A DNA stretch of 64,000 nucleotides from an uncultured Actinomycetes bacterium (GTDB lineage Bacteria > Actinomycetota > Thermoleophilia > Gaiellales > JAICJC01): contig CAVTSO010000002.1 of NCBI GenBank assembly GCA_963737445.1, positions 47,474 to 111,473 of the forward strand, read 5' to 3'. This document shows, in pieces, positions 1 through 9,331 of the stretch (its first letter is position 1; each line of letters starts with the position of its first letter). A program made the translations under genes and the position numbers. The notes under the pieces were generated by a model that was given only the letters and a program-made list of their open reading frames with translations, was not told the DNA's origin and searched no databases.

Positions 1-630
1 GGCCACGATCATGATCGAGTAGAAGTCGATGCACCAGGTGAACAACGGCATCCGCGTCAGCCGCATGCCGGGCGCGCGCATGTTGTGGATCGTGCAGATG
101 AAATTGATCGCGCCCAGGATCGACGACAGCGACAGGATGTGCAGGCCCACGATCCAGAAGTCGATCCCGTGGCCGGGCGAGATTATCGACAGCGGCGGGT
201 AGCCGGTCCAGCCGGCATCCGGGGCGCCGCCGAACGCGAAGCTCGAGTACATGACCATGCCGCCGAAGAACAGCAGCCAGAACGAGGCGGCGTTCAGCTT
301 CGGGAAGGCCATGTCGCGGGCGCCGATCTGGAGCGGCACCATGTAGTTGCCGAACGCGGCCATCACCGGCACCACGAACAGGAACACCATCGTGGTGCCG
401 TGCATCGTGAAGATCTGGTCGTAGGTCTCGGCCGAGACGACGGTGCCGCTGGCTGTCTCCAGCTGCAGCCGGATCACCAGCGCCATCAGTCCGCCGGTGA
501 GGAAGAAGAACATCGTCACCAGCAGGTAGAGCAGGCCGATCCGTTTGTGATCGACGGTCGTGATCCAGGAGCGCAGCGTCGAGCCGCTCGGGGTGGGGAA
601 CGCCTGTGCCGGGGTTGCCGCCGTGGCCAT
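1..630 (-). CDS. ctaD: cytochrome c oxidase (heme-copper) subunit I, N-terminal 210 codons; 3' end lies beyond the window edge
   Basis: Own translation of the minus strand from ATG 630..628 gives MATAATPAQAFPTPSGSTLRSWITTVDHKRIGLLYL...FTMHGTTMVFLFVVPVMAAFGNYMVPLQIGARDMAFPKLN...GWTGYPPLS, a typical subunit I N-terminus. It is absent from the ORF track only because there is no stop inside the window. Its ATG directly follows the TAG of ctaC. Confidence 0.9.
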   Translation of the reverse strand, partial: MATAATPAQAFPTPSGSTLRSWITTVDHKRIGLLYLLVTMFFFLTGGLMALVIRLQLETASGTVVSAETYDQIFTMHGTTMVFLFVVPVMAAFGNYMVPLQIGARDMAFPKLNAASFWLLFFGGMVMYSSFAFGGAPDAGWTGYPPLSIISPGHGIDFWIVGLHILSLSSILGAINFICTIHNMRAPGMRLTRMPLFTWCIDFYSIMIVA

Positions 631-1365
631 CTAGGTTGTCGCCTTGGTCGACATGTACTTGAGGTAGTCCTCCTTGGACAGCACGCGCACGACGATGGTC
701 ATGGTGGCGTGCCCGGATCCGCAGAACTCCGCGCACTGGCCGTCGTAGTTGCCGATCCTGTCAGCCTGGAACCAGGTGTGGGTGATGCGGTTGGGGAACA
801 CGTCCTGCTTCTGCCCGAGCTGCTCCACCCAGAAGTCGTGCACCACGTCCCTGGAGTGCATGTTCAGGTGGATCGGCGTGTCGACCGGAACCACCAGGGT
901 GTTCGGCCCGGCCGGGTGCTTGCCGTCGGGGTACGTGAACGTCCAGGAGTACTGCTGCGCCGTCACCCCGATCTGCATCGCGCCCTTGGGCACGTCCTCC
1001 ACCTTCGGCAGCTTGTAGAACGTGAACGCGGACAGGCCGACCAGGATCAGGATCGGGACGATCGTCCAGCCGATCTCGAGCCTGGTGGAGCCGCGCACCT
1101 GCGGCGGATCCGGGTACTCGCGGCCGGGCCGCGCCCGGAACCGGATCGCCGAGTAGATCAGCCAACCGCCCACCAGCACGAAGATGGTGATGGTCACGCC
1201 CAGCACCGCCCGGTAGGTGCTGTCGATGCTCTGTGCGTTCGGCGAGTCCGGCTGGTTGAGGGTCGCCGTCCCGGCCAGCGCCGGCTGGGCGAGGGTCAGT
1301 GCGACCAGCACTCCGAGCGGGGCTGCGGCGAGGAACCAGCGGCGGCGGCGATGCGTTCGGGTCAC
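631..1365 (-). CDS. ctaC: cytochrome c oxidase subunit II
   Basis: 244-aa ORF with a signal/TM N-terminus and two TM spans. CuA centre motif CAEFCGSGHATM. Confidence 0.9.
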   Translation of the reverse strand: MTRTHRRRRWFLAAAPLGVLVALTLAQPALAGTATLNQPDSPNAQSIDSTYRAVLGVTITIFVLVGGWLIYSAIRFRARPGREYPDPPQVRGSTRLEIGWTIVPILILVGLSAFTFYKLPKVEDVPKGAMQIGVTAQQYSWTFTYPDGKHPAGPNTLVVPVDTPIHLNMHSRDVVHDFWVEQLGQKQDVFPNRITHTWFQADRIGNYDGQCAEFCGSGHATMTIVVRVLSKEDYLKYMSTKATT

Positions 1366-1416
1366 AGGCGCCCGGATTCTACAAGCGGCGCCGCGATGGT
1401 GTAGACGTGACCGGCG

Positions 1417-2418
1417 TCACTCAGCCGGCGGATCAGGCGGGGGCGGGGGAGAGGACGGCGATCCGGGCCGCCGCTTGGGCGCGGCCGGCGTCGCCGGGGT
1501 GGGCGCGGCACCCTCGCTGAACGCGGCCCCCAGGCCCGCGATGGCGCCCATCGCGTTGGCCGCCCCGCTGGGCAACAGCATCAGCTTGTTGGAGTCGCCG
1601 TCGGCCACCGCCGGCAGCGCCTCGAGGTACTTGTAGCCGAGCATGTCGGATGGTGCGATGCCCGTCTCGGCGACGGTCTTGAACACCGTCGCAAGCGCCT
1701 CCGCCTCACCCTGCGCGCGCAGGGCCCTGGCCTGCTTCTCGCCCTCGGCGCGAAGGATGTTCGACTGCTGATCGGCCTCGCCGTTCAGGATCGCGGCCTG
1801 GCGCAGGCCCTCGGCGCGTAAGATTGCCGACTGCTTCTCGCCCTCGGCCGAGAGGATCGCCGCCCGCTTGGCGCGGTCGGCCCGCATCTGCTGCTCCATG
1901 GCCTCCTGGATCGAGCGCGGCGGGTCGATGCTCTTCAGCTCTACCCGCGTCACGCGGACGCCCCACTTCTCAGTGGCCTCGTCCAGCACGATCCGCAGCT
2001 GGGTGTTGATCTCGTCGCGGCTCGTCAGCGTCCCCTCCAGCGTCATCGACCCCACCACGTTACGCAGCGTGGTGATCGCGAGCTGCTCCATGGCGATCAG
2101 CACGTTGGCCACCTCATAGGTGGCCCGGAACGGGTCGGTGACCTGGTAGTAGACGACCGTGTCGATGCCGATCGTGACGTTGTCCTGCGTGATGACGGGC
2201 TGAGGCGCGAACGCCTGCACCGTCTCGCGCATGTCGACGACTGCCGTGATCCGGTCGAGCATGGGCAGGATCAGATGCAGGCCGGGAGGCAGCGAGGCAC
2301 GGTACTTGCCCCAGCGCTCAACGATGCCGACGCGGGCTTGCCGGACGACTCGCACGGACGAGGCGACCAGGATCACCGCGAACAGCGCCAGCACGAGAGC
2401 CACGATCAGGGGTGCCAT
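1417..2418 (-). CDS. SPFH/band-7 (stomatin/prohibitin-like) membrane protein
   Basis: Internal start MAPLIVALVL of ORF 1417..2895. TM anchor, SPFH core (VRVVRQARVGIVERWGKY...) and an Ala/Glu-rich repeat (AILSAEGEKQSAILRAEG). The upstream part of the long ORF is Arg/His-rich off-frame junk. The ATG overlaps the NfeD stop (ATGA). Confidence 0.85.
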   Translation of the reverse strand: MAPLIVALVLALFAVILVASSVRVVRQARVGIVERWGKYRASLPPGLHLILPMLDRITAVVDMRETVQAFAPQPVITQDNVTIGIDTVVYYQVTDPFRATYEVANVLIAMEQLAITTLRNVVGSMTLEGTLTSRDEINTQLRIVLDEATEKWGVRVTRVELKSIDPPRSIQEAMEQQMRADRAKRAAILSAEGEKQSAILRAEGLRQAAILNGEADQQSNILRAEGEKQARALRAQGEAEALATVFKTVAETGIAPSDMLGYKYLEALPAVADGDSNKLMLLPSGAANAMGAIAGLGAAFSEGAAPTPATPAAPKRRPGSPSSPPPPPDPPAE

Positions 2419-2891
2419 CAGGTCTCCTTCGGGAGTTCGGTACGGTCGTCGGGGGCCGCGATCACGAGCGCGGTGACGCCCTTGATCTCGACCACCTCGA
2501 TACGGGTGCCAAGGGCGATCGGTTCGTGCTCGAAGTAGCTGCGCGCCGACCAGGTCTCGCCGCCCAGCTTGACCTGGCCTGCCTCCAACTCGCCGATCGC
2601 TGTGGTGACAACGCCGATGCGGCCGCGCATGGCATCGACGCCGCTGGGCACCGCCGGGGTGTCGGAACCAGCGATCCGAAGCAGCGCCGGGCGTGTGAGC
2701 ACGAGCGTGCCGACACCGAGCAGGCCGAAGGCGATGATCTGAAGCGCCACGGGGATGCCGAGCAGCGCCAGCACCGCGACGATTGCGGCGGACACCGCGA
2801 AGTAGATCGTGAAGAACGAGGACGTGGTGGCTTCGACGGCGAGCATGGCCACCGCCACCACCACCCAGATCGCCCATGCAGGTAGATCCAT
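2418..2891 (-). CDS. NfeD-family membrane protein
   Basis: 157-aa ORF with N-terminal TM helices and a C-terminal soluble part (GRIGVVTTAIGELEAGQVKLGGETWSARS). Classic NfeD-SPFH gene pair with a 4-nt overlap. Confidence 0.8.
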   Translation of the reverse strand: MDLPAWAIWVVVAVAMLAVEATTSSFFTIYFAVSAAIVAVLALLGIPVALQIIAFGLLGVGTLVLTRPALLRIAGSDTPAVPSGVDAMRGRIGVVTTAIGELEAGQVKLGGETWSARSYFEHEPIALGTRIEVVEIKGVTALVIAAPDDRTELPKET

Positions 2892-2954
2892 GCATGTAGC
2901 TTATGCGTGCCGGGGGTCGTGCGCCTGCCGCGGTGCGCGCTACGGTGCCGCTCG

Positions 2955-4115
2955 ATGAGCATCGAGCAGATCACCGACGACGCCGGCCTCGCCTCGCTGC
3001 TGGCCGACGCCCGCGGTGAGGGACGCTGCGCGCTGGACACCGAGTTCGTTTGGGAGCGCACCTACGCGCCGGTGCTGTGTCTCGTCCAGATCGCCACCGC
3101 CGAGCGCCTGGCCGTCGTCGACCCTTTGCGGGGAGCGCCGCTGGAGCCCGTTGCCGAGCTGGTCGCCGACGGGTCGGTGGTCAAGGCGATGCACGCTCCA
3201 GGCGCCGACCTGACCGGCCTTGCCCTGCACTTCGGCACCGGTGCCGCGGCCGTGTTCGACACCCAGCTGGCGGCCGGCTTCGCGGGGCTGGGCGGCTCGC
3301 TGTCGCTGGAGCGGATGCTCGATCAGACCCTGGGCGTGCGGCTGAAGCACGCCGAGGGCTTCACCGACTGGTCGAAGCGGCCGCTGACGGCGACTCAGGT
3401 TGCCTACGCAGGCGACGACGTGCGGCACCTGCTGGCGGCGATGGACGCGCTGCTGGAGCGGCTGCGCAGCCAGGGCCGCGACCGCTGGGCGGACGAGGAG
3501 ATGGAGCGGCGCTACGGGCCGGAGGCGCAGCTGGTGCAGGATCCCGATCAGGCCTGGCGCCGCGTGGCGGGCCGCGGCAAGCTGCGCGGCGAGCAGCTGG
3601 TGGCACTGGTCGCGGCGGCCGCCTGGCGCGAGCGAGAGGCGCGGCGGCGTGACATTCCCACCAGCTGGCTGGTGCGTGACCCGACCCTGATCGAGCTGGC
3701 CCGGCGGCGGCCGCGCACGGTCGAGGAGGCACGGGCGGTGCGCGGCCTGCAGCTGAAGAACGGCCCCCAGCTGGACGGGCTGCTGACCGTCCTGGCCGAG
3801 GCCGACGGCCCCGCGCCGGAGCGGGCCGCCGAGCTGCCCGCCGAGCTTCGCAACCGCATCAAGGTGGTGCTGCCGCTGGCCAGCTCGGTGCTGCAGGCGG
3901 TCTGCGCCGAGGCCGGCATCGCATCCGAGCTGGTGGCGACACGCGACGATCTGGAGTCCCTGATCCGGGTGGTCGCAGAGGGCGGCGACGACCATCCGCT
4001 GCTGCGCGGCTGGCGTCGAGAGCTGGCCGGCGACGAGCTGCTGCGGCTACTGCGCGGCGAGGTGGCGCTGCGCGTGCTGCCGGGCCCGCCGCACGTGGCC
4101 GGGCGTGCCGGCTGA
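2955..4115 (+). CDS. rnd: ribonuclease D (DEDD 3'-5' exonuclease plus HRDC-like region)
   Basis: Start MSIEQITDD (ATG 2955) inside ORF 2907..4115. Motifs ALDTEF, MHAPGADL and YAGDDVRHL. Confidence 0.8.
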   Translation: MSIEQITDDAGLASLLADARGEGRCALDTEFVWERTYAPVLCLVQIATAERLAVVDPLRGAPLEPVAELVADGSVVKAMHAPGADLTGLALHFGTGAAAVFDTQLAAGFAGLGGSLSLERMLDQTLGVRLKHAEGFTDWSKRPLTATQVAYAGDDVRHLLAAMDALLERLRSQGRDRWADEEMERRYGPEAQLVQDPDQAWRRVAGRGKLRGEQLVALVAAAAWREREARRRDIPTSWLVRDPTLIELARRRPRTVEEARAVRGLQLKNGPQLDGLLTVLAEADGPAPERAAELPAELRNRIKVVLPLASSVLQAVCAEAGIASELVATRDDLESLIRVVAEGGDDHPLLRGWRRELAGDELLRLLRGEVALRVLPGPPHVAGRAG

Positions 4116-5274
4116 CACCGGCCGCGCCCGCCCGGCGATCGCCCTGTTCCTGGGCGCGTCGGCGATGTTCGCAAACATGTACGCCACGCAGGCGATCCTG
4201 CCCGAGATCGAGCACGGCCTGAACGTCTCGCCCTCGGCGGCCGGCCTCTCCATCACCGTGGTGGTGTTGGGTGTGGCCTTCGGAGGCTGGGTGCATGGCC
4301 CGTTGTCCGACCGCGTCGGCCGCGCCCGCGTCATGATCGCCTCGGCGGCGCTGCTGGTGGTGCCGACGGCGTTGCTCGGCCTGGCGCCCAACCTCGCCGT
4401 GCTGTTGCTGTTGCGCGGCGTCCAGGGGCTGCTGATGCCGGGCCTGCTGGTGGTGGCGGTGCCGTACGTGTCGGAGCGGTTCGCGGGCCGCAGCGTCGGT
4501 GTTGCCATGGGCGCGTACACCTCGTCGCTTGTGTTCGGCGGCTTCGTGGGACGGGTGGGGACGGCGCTGGTGGCCGACGTTTGGGGCTGGCGCCTCGCGT
4601 TGTCTCTCCTGGCATTCCCGACCGCTCTGGGCGCGCTCACGATGTGGCGGTGGCTGCCGCGCGACCGCCCCGCCCACAGCGGCCGTCGGCTGGGCGGCGT
4701 GGTCGCCTCACATCTGCGCAACCGCCGGCTGCTGACTAACGCGCTCTGCGCTGCCACCGTGTTCTTCGGCTTCGTCGGCATCTTCACCTACGGCACCTAC
4801 CGGCTCACATCCCCCGAGATCGGCCTGGGCCTGGCCGGCGCCGGTCTGGTCTACGGCGTGTGGCTGGTGGGCATCGCGGTGCCCGTGGTGGGCGGCCTGG
4901 CGCAACGGATGGGCCCGCAGCGGCTGCTGCCGGGGCTGGTTTCGATGTCGCTGGCCGGCTGCCTGCTGACGCTGGTCGACTCGCTGCCGGTGGTGGTGGC
5001 GGGGCTGGGACTGATGGCCTTCGCGATGTTCTCGACCGTCACCACCTGTCAGCTGCTGATCCCGCGCCTGGTCGACCACCACCGCGGCACGGCCACCAGC
5101 CTGCACCTGACGCTCTACTACCTCGGCGGCGCGCTGGGCGCCTACCTTCCCGGGCTGTGGCTGGACGCCGGCTGGAGCCGGCTGGTCATGGTCTGCGCGG
5201 CCTCGATCGGTTGCGGTTTGGTGGCCGCGCTGGCGCTGCGGGTGGCGCCGGCCGCTCGCTCGCTGCCCGCGTAA
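4105..5274 (+). CDS. MFS transporter
   Basis: 389-aa ORF, hydrophobic throughout (about 12 spans), with an MFS loop motif GPLSDRVGRARV. GTG start overlaps the rnd end by 11 nt. Confidence 0.75.
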   Translation: MPADTGRARPAIALFLGASAMFANMYATQAILPEIEHGLNVSPSAAGLSITVVVLGVAFGGWVHGPLSDRVGRARVMIASAALLVVPTALLGLAPNLAVLLLLRGVQGLLMPGLLVVAVPYVSERFAGRSVGVAMGAYTSSLVFGGFVGRVGTALVADVWGWRLALSLLAFPTALGALTMWRWLPRDRPAHSGRRLGGVVASHLRNRRLLTNALCAATVFFGFVGIFTYGTYRLTSPEIGLGLAGAGLVYGVWLVGIAVPVVGGLAQRMGPQRLLPGLVSMSLAGCLLTLVDSLPVVVAGLGLMAFAMFSTVTTCQLLIPRLVDHHRGTATSLHLTLYYLGGALGAYLPGLWLDAGWSRLVMVCAASIGCGLVAALALRVAPAARSLPA

Positions 5275-5308
5275 CGATCCACCCGACTCGCCAGACTCAG
5301 GCAGAATC

Positions 5309-5983
5309 GTGCTGATCATGACCGAACCTCCCGCCCCGACTGCGTTCGCCGGCCTGTCACCGGACGAGCGCCGGCTGGTCGAAGCGCTGCGCGCACGTGA
5401 CGAGGACGGATTCATGGAGCTGATCGACCGGTATCAGGCCTCACTGGTGCGCGTCGCCATGATGTACGTGGGGTCGCGCGCCGTCGCCGAGGACGTGGTG
5501 GCGGAGACGTGGCTGGGCGTGCTGCGCGGGATCGACGGGTTCCAGGGCCGCTCCTCGCTGCGCACCTGGATCTACCGGATCCTCACCAACACCGCCAAGA
5601 CGCGCGCGCAGCGCGAGCGGCGGAGCATCCCGTTCGCGTCGCTCGGCGACGTCGACGACGGCCCCGCGGTCGAACCCGATCGGTTCCTGCCGCCGGGAGA
5701 CCCCGCCGTCGGGGCGTGGGCCTCGCCGCCGCGCAGCTGGGACGGCCTGCCCGAGGCGACGCTGCTGAGCGCCGAAACGCGGTCCGTGATCGACGCCGCG
5801 ATCGAGCAGCTCCCGCCGACCCAACGCGAGGTGATCCGGCTGCGCGACGTCGAGGGCTTCTCGTCGGGCGAGGTGCGCGCGCTGCTGGAGCTGAGCGAGA
5901 CCAACCAGCGGGTGCTGCTGCACCGTGCCCGCTCGAAGGTGCGGGCCGCGCTCGAGCGCTATCTGTCGGAGGAAATCGCGTGA
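5309..5983 (+). CDS. ECF-type sigma-70 family RNA polymerase sigma factor
   Basis: Region 2 (VRVAMMYVGSRAVAEDVVAETWLGVL) and region 4 HTH (LPPTQREVIRLRDVEGFSSGEVRALLELSETNQRVLLHRARSKV). Start is GTG 5309 or ATG 5318. Confidence 0.85.
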   Translation: MLIMTEPPAPTAFAGLSPDERRLVEALRARDEDGFMELIDRYQASLVRVAMMYVGSRAVAEDVVAETWLGVLRGIDGFQGRSSLRTWIYRILTNTAKTRAQRERRSIPFASLGDVDDGPAVEPDRFLPPGDPAVGAWASPPRSWDGLPEATLLSAETRSVIDAAIEQLPPTQREVIRLRDVEGFSSGEVRALLELSETNQRVLLHRARSKVRAALERYLSEEIA

Positions 5984-6232
5984 GCGTCGACATCGCCCCC
6001 ATCGCCTGCCGTGAGCTGGTCGAGCTGGTCACCGACTACCTCGAGGGCGCGCTGTCGCCGGAGCAGCACGCGCGCTTCGAGAACCACATCGCCGGCTGCG
6101 ACGGCTGTACCACCTACCTGGAGCAGATGCGCGAGACGATCCGCCTCACCGGGACGCTGCGCGAGCACCAGTATCTCGCCCGACGCACGAGCCGCGCTGC
6201 TGCACGCCTTCCGCGGCTGGGCGTCGGGTTGA
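5980..6232 (+). pseudogene. zf-HC2 anti-sigma factor, reading frame broken by an apparent 1-nt insertion near 6172 (or a sequencing indel)
   Basis: GTG 5980 overlaps the sigma stop (GTGA). The N-terminal part VSVDIAPIACRELVELVTDYLEGALSPEQHARFENHIAGCDGCTTYLEQMRETIRLTGTLREHQ carries the HxxxCxxC motif. The expected C-terminus ISPDARAALLHAFRGWASG* is in the +1 frame and ends at 6232. Confidence 0.6.
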
Positions 6233-6248
6233 GCTCCGCACCCGCCGC

Positions 6249-7574
6249 TCAGCGGGTCAGCGCCCCCACCTCGCGGCAGACGTGCAGGGTGAAGTCGAGC
6301 CCGTAGGCGAGGTCGTCCACGTGCAGACGCTCGTCGCGGTTGTGGATCCCCGACGACAGCACCTCACTGGGGGTATGGCGGCAGGGCCACAGGCCGTAGG
6401 CGGCCGTGCCGTAAGCCTGCCGCACGAAGTGCGAGTCGGTGAAGCCCGTGGACACCATCGGCAGCAGCTGCGCCCCCGGGTCGTGCTGATCGAAGAAGCT
6501 CTGGCAGATCCCGAACAGCGGCGTGTCGACCGAGGCAACGGTGCCGCCCACGGGCGCTTCCAGGAACTCGATCTCGTACGGCAGGTCGTCGCCCAGCGCC
6601 GCCCGCAGCTCTCGCTCGAGCGTGTCCGGGGTGTCGCCGGGCAGGATGCGGCAGTCGCACTCGACCGACGCGCGGCCCGGCATCACGTTGCGTGCGCTCG
6701 ACCCCACCAGGCGCGTGGGGGCGATGGTGATGCCGAACAGCGCCGGGATCACCTCGGGAAAGCTGCTGTGCAGCGTGGCCGCCCGCTCCAGCGCTGCGTC
6801 CAGGTCGTCCGCGTCGAACGGGCCGATCAGCGCCTCGAGCATCGCCCGCGTCTCCGGCAGCAGCCGCCGCTCCGGCCGGTAGGCGGCCAGCCGCTTGATC
6901 AGCGTGGCCAGACGCGGCACGGCGTTCGCGCCCGCATTCGGGGTGGAGGCGTGGCCGGCCTCGCCCAGCGCTGTGACCAGCGCGGCCAGGCAGCACTTCT
7001 CGCCGACGCAGATCGGCACGAACACTCGCCCGTCCGACAGCACCGTGCGATCGCCGCCGCCCTCGTTGATGGCGAAGTCGGTGGCCAGGTCGGGACGTTC
7101 GCCCACCAGCCAGACCATGCCGACCGGATGGGTTCCGTCCTCCTCGTCGGCCTCGGCGATGTAGACCAGATCGCCGTTGGGCTGGAAGCCCTCGCGCGCG
7201 AGCACCGCCATCGCCACCGCGCGCGTCGCCGTCTCGTTCTTCATGTCCACCGTGCCGCGTCCCCACAGGTACCCGTCGTCGTCGACGTCGCCGGAGAAGG
7301 GGCCGTGCTGCCAGTCCTGTGCGTCGGCCGGCACCACGTCGGTATGGCCGAGCAGCGCCAGCGACGGGCCGGTGCCCTTGCCGGGGATGCGGGCCACCAG
7401 GTTGGCGCGATCGGGGTCGCGGGCGACCAGCTCGCACTCCAGGCCGTTGGCCTCGAGGTAGCGCTTCAGCACCAGCGCGGCCGGCGTCTCGTTGCCGGGC
7501 GGGTTGGAGCTATCGACGCGGACGAGGTCGCGCGTGAGGCTGATCGCCTCCTCGTGCAGAGCGGTATCGATCAT
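6249..7574 (-). CDS. M20-family metallopeptidase (ArgE/DapE/dipeptidase-like)
   Basis: 441-aa ORF with LLGHTDVVPA, GRGTVDMKN and AEADEEDG motifs. Confidence 0.85.
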   Translation of the reverse strand: MIDTALHEEAISLTRDLVRVDSSNPPGNETPAALVLKRYLEANGLECELVARDPDRANLVARIPGKGTGPSLALLGHTDVVPADAQDWQHGPFSGDVDDDGYLWGRGTVDMKNETATRAVAMAVLAREGFQPNGDLVYIAEADEEDGTHPVGMVWLVGERPDLATDFAINEGGGDRTVLSDGRVFVPICVGEKCCLAALVTALGEAGHASTPNAGANAVPRLATLIKRLAAYRPERRLLPETRAMLEALIGPFDADDLDAALERAATLHSSFPEVIPALFGITIAPTRLVGSSARNVMPGRASVECDCRILPGDTPDTLERELRAALGDDLPYEIEFLEAPVGGTVASVDTPLFGICQSFFDQHDPGAQLLPMVSTGFTDSHFVRQAYGTAAYGLWPCRHTPSEVLSSGIHNRDERLHVDDLAYGLDFTLHVCREVGALTR

Positions 7575-7582
7575 GGCGAGGC

Positions 7583-7588
7583 AGACTA
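7583..7588 (-). promoter_or_regulatory. -10-like TAGTCT 8 nt upstream of the M20 peptidase ATG (minus strand)
   Basis: The minus strand reads GGCTAGTCTGcctcgccATG. The same GGCTAGTCTG 10-mer recurs at 27061-27070. Confidence 0.45.
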
Positions 7589-7627
7589 GCCTTTGCGCGG
7601 GAGGCCGGCGCAGGCCAATATTCAGCC

Positions 7628-8038
7628 ATGGCGAGCTGGCGCTCCCTATGGCTGATGCGGTTTCTATTCACGTGGCTCGTGAACACCGTGGCGCTGGGAG
7701 TGGCCGCCTGGCTGGTGGGAGACGTCAGCTACGACAGCTACGGAGCGCTGGCGCTGGCCGGCCTCGTATTCGCGGCTGTCAACACCTTCATCAAGCCGGT
7801 GCTGGTGGTGCTCGGCATCCCGTTCATCATCGTGACGCTCGGCATCGGACTGTTCCTGATCAACATGGGCATCGTCTGGCTGACTGCCTGGTTGGTGCCG
7901 GGCTTCGACGCCTCCGGGTTCTGGCAGATCGCCAAGGCCGCGATCGTGATCTGGTTCACCAACATGGTGCTGAGCGGGTTCTGGCCCGACCGCCGCCGCG
8001 GTGGCGCCTTCGTGGTGACGGGCTACCGCGAGTACTAG
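7628..8038 (+). CDS. small 4-TM membrane protein (phage-holin-4 / DUF360-like family)
   Basis: 136-aa ORF. Pattern NTFIKPVLVVLGIPFIIVTLGIGLFLINMGIVWL is typical of that family. There is no phage context. Confidence 0.6.
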   Translation: MASWRSLWLMRFLFTWLVNTVALGVAAWLVGDVSYDSYGALALAGLVFAAVNTFIKPVLVVLGIPFIIVTLGIGLFLINMGIVWLTAWLVPGFDASGFWQIAKAAIVIWFTNMVLSGFWPDRRRGGAFVVTGYREY

Positions 8039-8039
8039 C

Positions 8040-9173
8040 TCAGGCGTGCATGACGAGGTCGCGCTCCGGCGCGATCCCCCAGCGCTCGGCAACCGACCGC
8101 AGGTCGTCGTCGAGCGGCCACGCATCGGCCCGGGGCTCGCCCTCATGGACGGGTGAGCCGCCCTTCAGCGCCATGCTGCCGGCGTTGTCGCCGACAGCGT
8201 CGATCTCGGCCAGCTCCGCACCGGTCAGCGGCGAGACCGCCGGCACCGCGGCCAGCTCCAACCGCTTCTGCTCGACCGGCCTGGCGTCGCTCCCGGCTTC
8301 CTGGATCAGCGTCGGCACTACGCAGGACACGGCCGGCTGTGCCAGCGTCCAGGCCGCCGCAAGCTGCAGCGGCGTGAGGCCGTGGCGCTCCCCGATCGGC
8401 CGGACCCGGTCGAGCTTGCCGCGGGCGCTGCCGACCCACCCGGCCGGGCGGTGGCGGCGGTGGTCGTACTCGACGAACTGCCCCTCGTCCAGCACGTCGT
8501 CCCAGAACACGCCGCCGTAGTCGACGACCCGCGCCAGCACCCGCACGCCGGCCCGCTCGCAGGCCGGCAGCGCCAGCCGCGCCGGCCACGGCTCGAACGG
8601 GTTCAGGATCAGCATCGCCCAGTCGATCCGGTCGCCGAACCGCTCCAGGCACGAGATCACGTCCAGCGTGAACCCGTTGGCCGGCCCCGGGGCGACTCCG
8701 ATGGCCGCGGTCAGACCGGCGTCGCGCAGCCCGGCCATCGCGTCCCACACGAGCGGCGAGCTGTAGCCGGTGTGGTCGGGGTTGTGCAGCATCAGCAGGT
8801 CGAAGCGGTCGGTGCCGCAGCGTTCGAGGCTGGCCTCGGCCGCGGCGCGCAGGTAGTCCCCGTACTGCTGCGGCCCGCGCAGCGCCGGGTCGGTGAAGCG
8901 GGGGTAGCCCTTGGCGCCGGCCCGCTGACCGGTGGTGAAGTCGTGGCCGATCATGCCCACCAGGCGATAGCCGTCGCGGTCGAGCCCGCCCAGCGCGCGC
9001 CCGACGTCACGATCGGCCTCTCCGGCCCCGTACGCGTCGGCGGTGATGACGGTGCCGATGTCATCGCCCGGGCGCAGCAGCTCGGTCAGGCGCTCGCGCC
9101 CCACCGGCACGCCGAAGTGCATGTGCACACCGCCGCTCCAAGCGCCGAGTGCCGCCTGTCCCAGGTCGGTCAT
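8040..9173 (-). CDS. aldo/keto reductase
   Basis: 377-aa ORF with ITADAYG...DRFDLLMLHNPD...GVAPGPANGF, an AKR-like layout. Confidence 0.75.
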   Translation of the reverse strand: MTDLGQAALGAWSGGVHMHFGVPVGRERLTELLRPGDDIGTVITADAYGAGEADRDVGRALGGLDRDGYRLVGMIGHDFTTGQRAGAKGYPRFTDPALRGPQQYGDYLRAAAEASLERCGTDRFDLLMLHNPDHTGYSSPLVWDAMAGLRDAGLTAAIGVAPGPANGFTLDVISCLERFGDRIDWAMLILNPFEPWPARLALPACERAGVRVLARVVDYGGVFWDDVLDEGQFVEYDHRRHRPAGWVGSARGKLDRVRPIGERHGLTPLQLAAAWTLAQPAVSCVVPTLIQEAGSDARPVEQKRLELAAVPAVSPLTGAELAEIDAVGDNAGSMALKGGSPVHEGEPRADAWPLDDDLRSVAERWGIAPERDLVMHA

Positions 9174-9219
9174 TGCGTCAGAGTAGCCGCGGCGCCGTAG
9201 AGTACGCTTGGGCGGACGT

Positions 9220-9292
9220 GCCCTCGTAGCTCAGGGGATAGAGCGCGGCTCTCCTAAGGCCGGCGTCGCAGGTTCGAATCCTGCCGAGGGCA
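9220..9292 (+). tRNA. tRNA-Arg (anticodon CCT)
   Basis: Hand-folded cloverleaf: acceptor GCCCTCG/CGAGGGC, D arm GCTC-AGGGGATA-GAGC, anticodon arm CGGCT-CTCCTAA-GGCCG, variable loop GCGTC, T arm GCAGG-TTCGAAT-CCTGC, discriminator A. 73 nt, CCA not encoded. Confidence 0.9.
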
Positions 9293-9331
9293 TGACCGAT
9301 TCGGTTGCCCGCTCGGCCTCTGGCATGCCCG

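Noticed and set aside
85-1404. Long ORFs antisense to, or out of frame with, recognisable genes. Examples: 85..1404 (+), 28319..30733 upstream part, 40731..42011 (-), 44352..47330 (-), 47644..50775 (+), 54813..56174 (+).
   Set aside because: Their translations are Arg/Gly/Ala/Pro/His-rich low-complexity sequence, typical of off-frame reading in very GC-rich DNA. Each is fully covered by an ORF with clear family motifs on the other strand or frame.
1407-1420. GTGAC-N4-GTCAC dyad at the SPFH gene stop as a fourth member of the GTCAC/GTGAC islands.
   Set aside because: It is a single short dyad with a different spacing and no neighbouring repeats, so it could be chance or a simple hairpin.
7628-8038. 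Holin-family protein as evidence of a prophage.
   Set aside because: It is a single small membrane gene flanked by housekeeping-type genes. This family is common outside phages.
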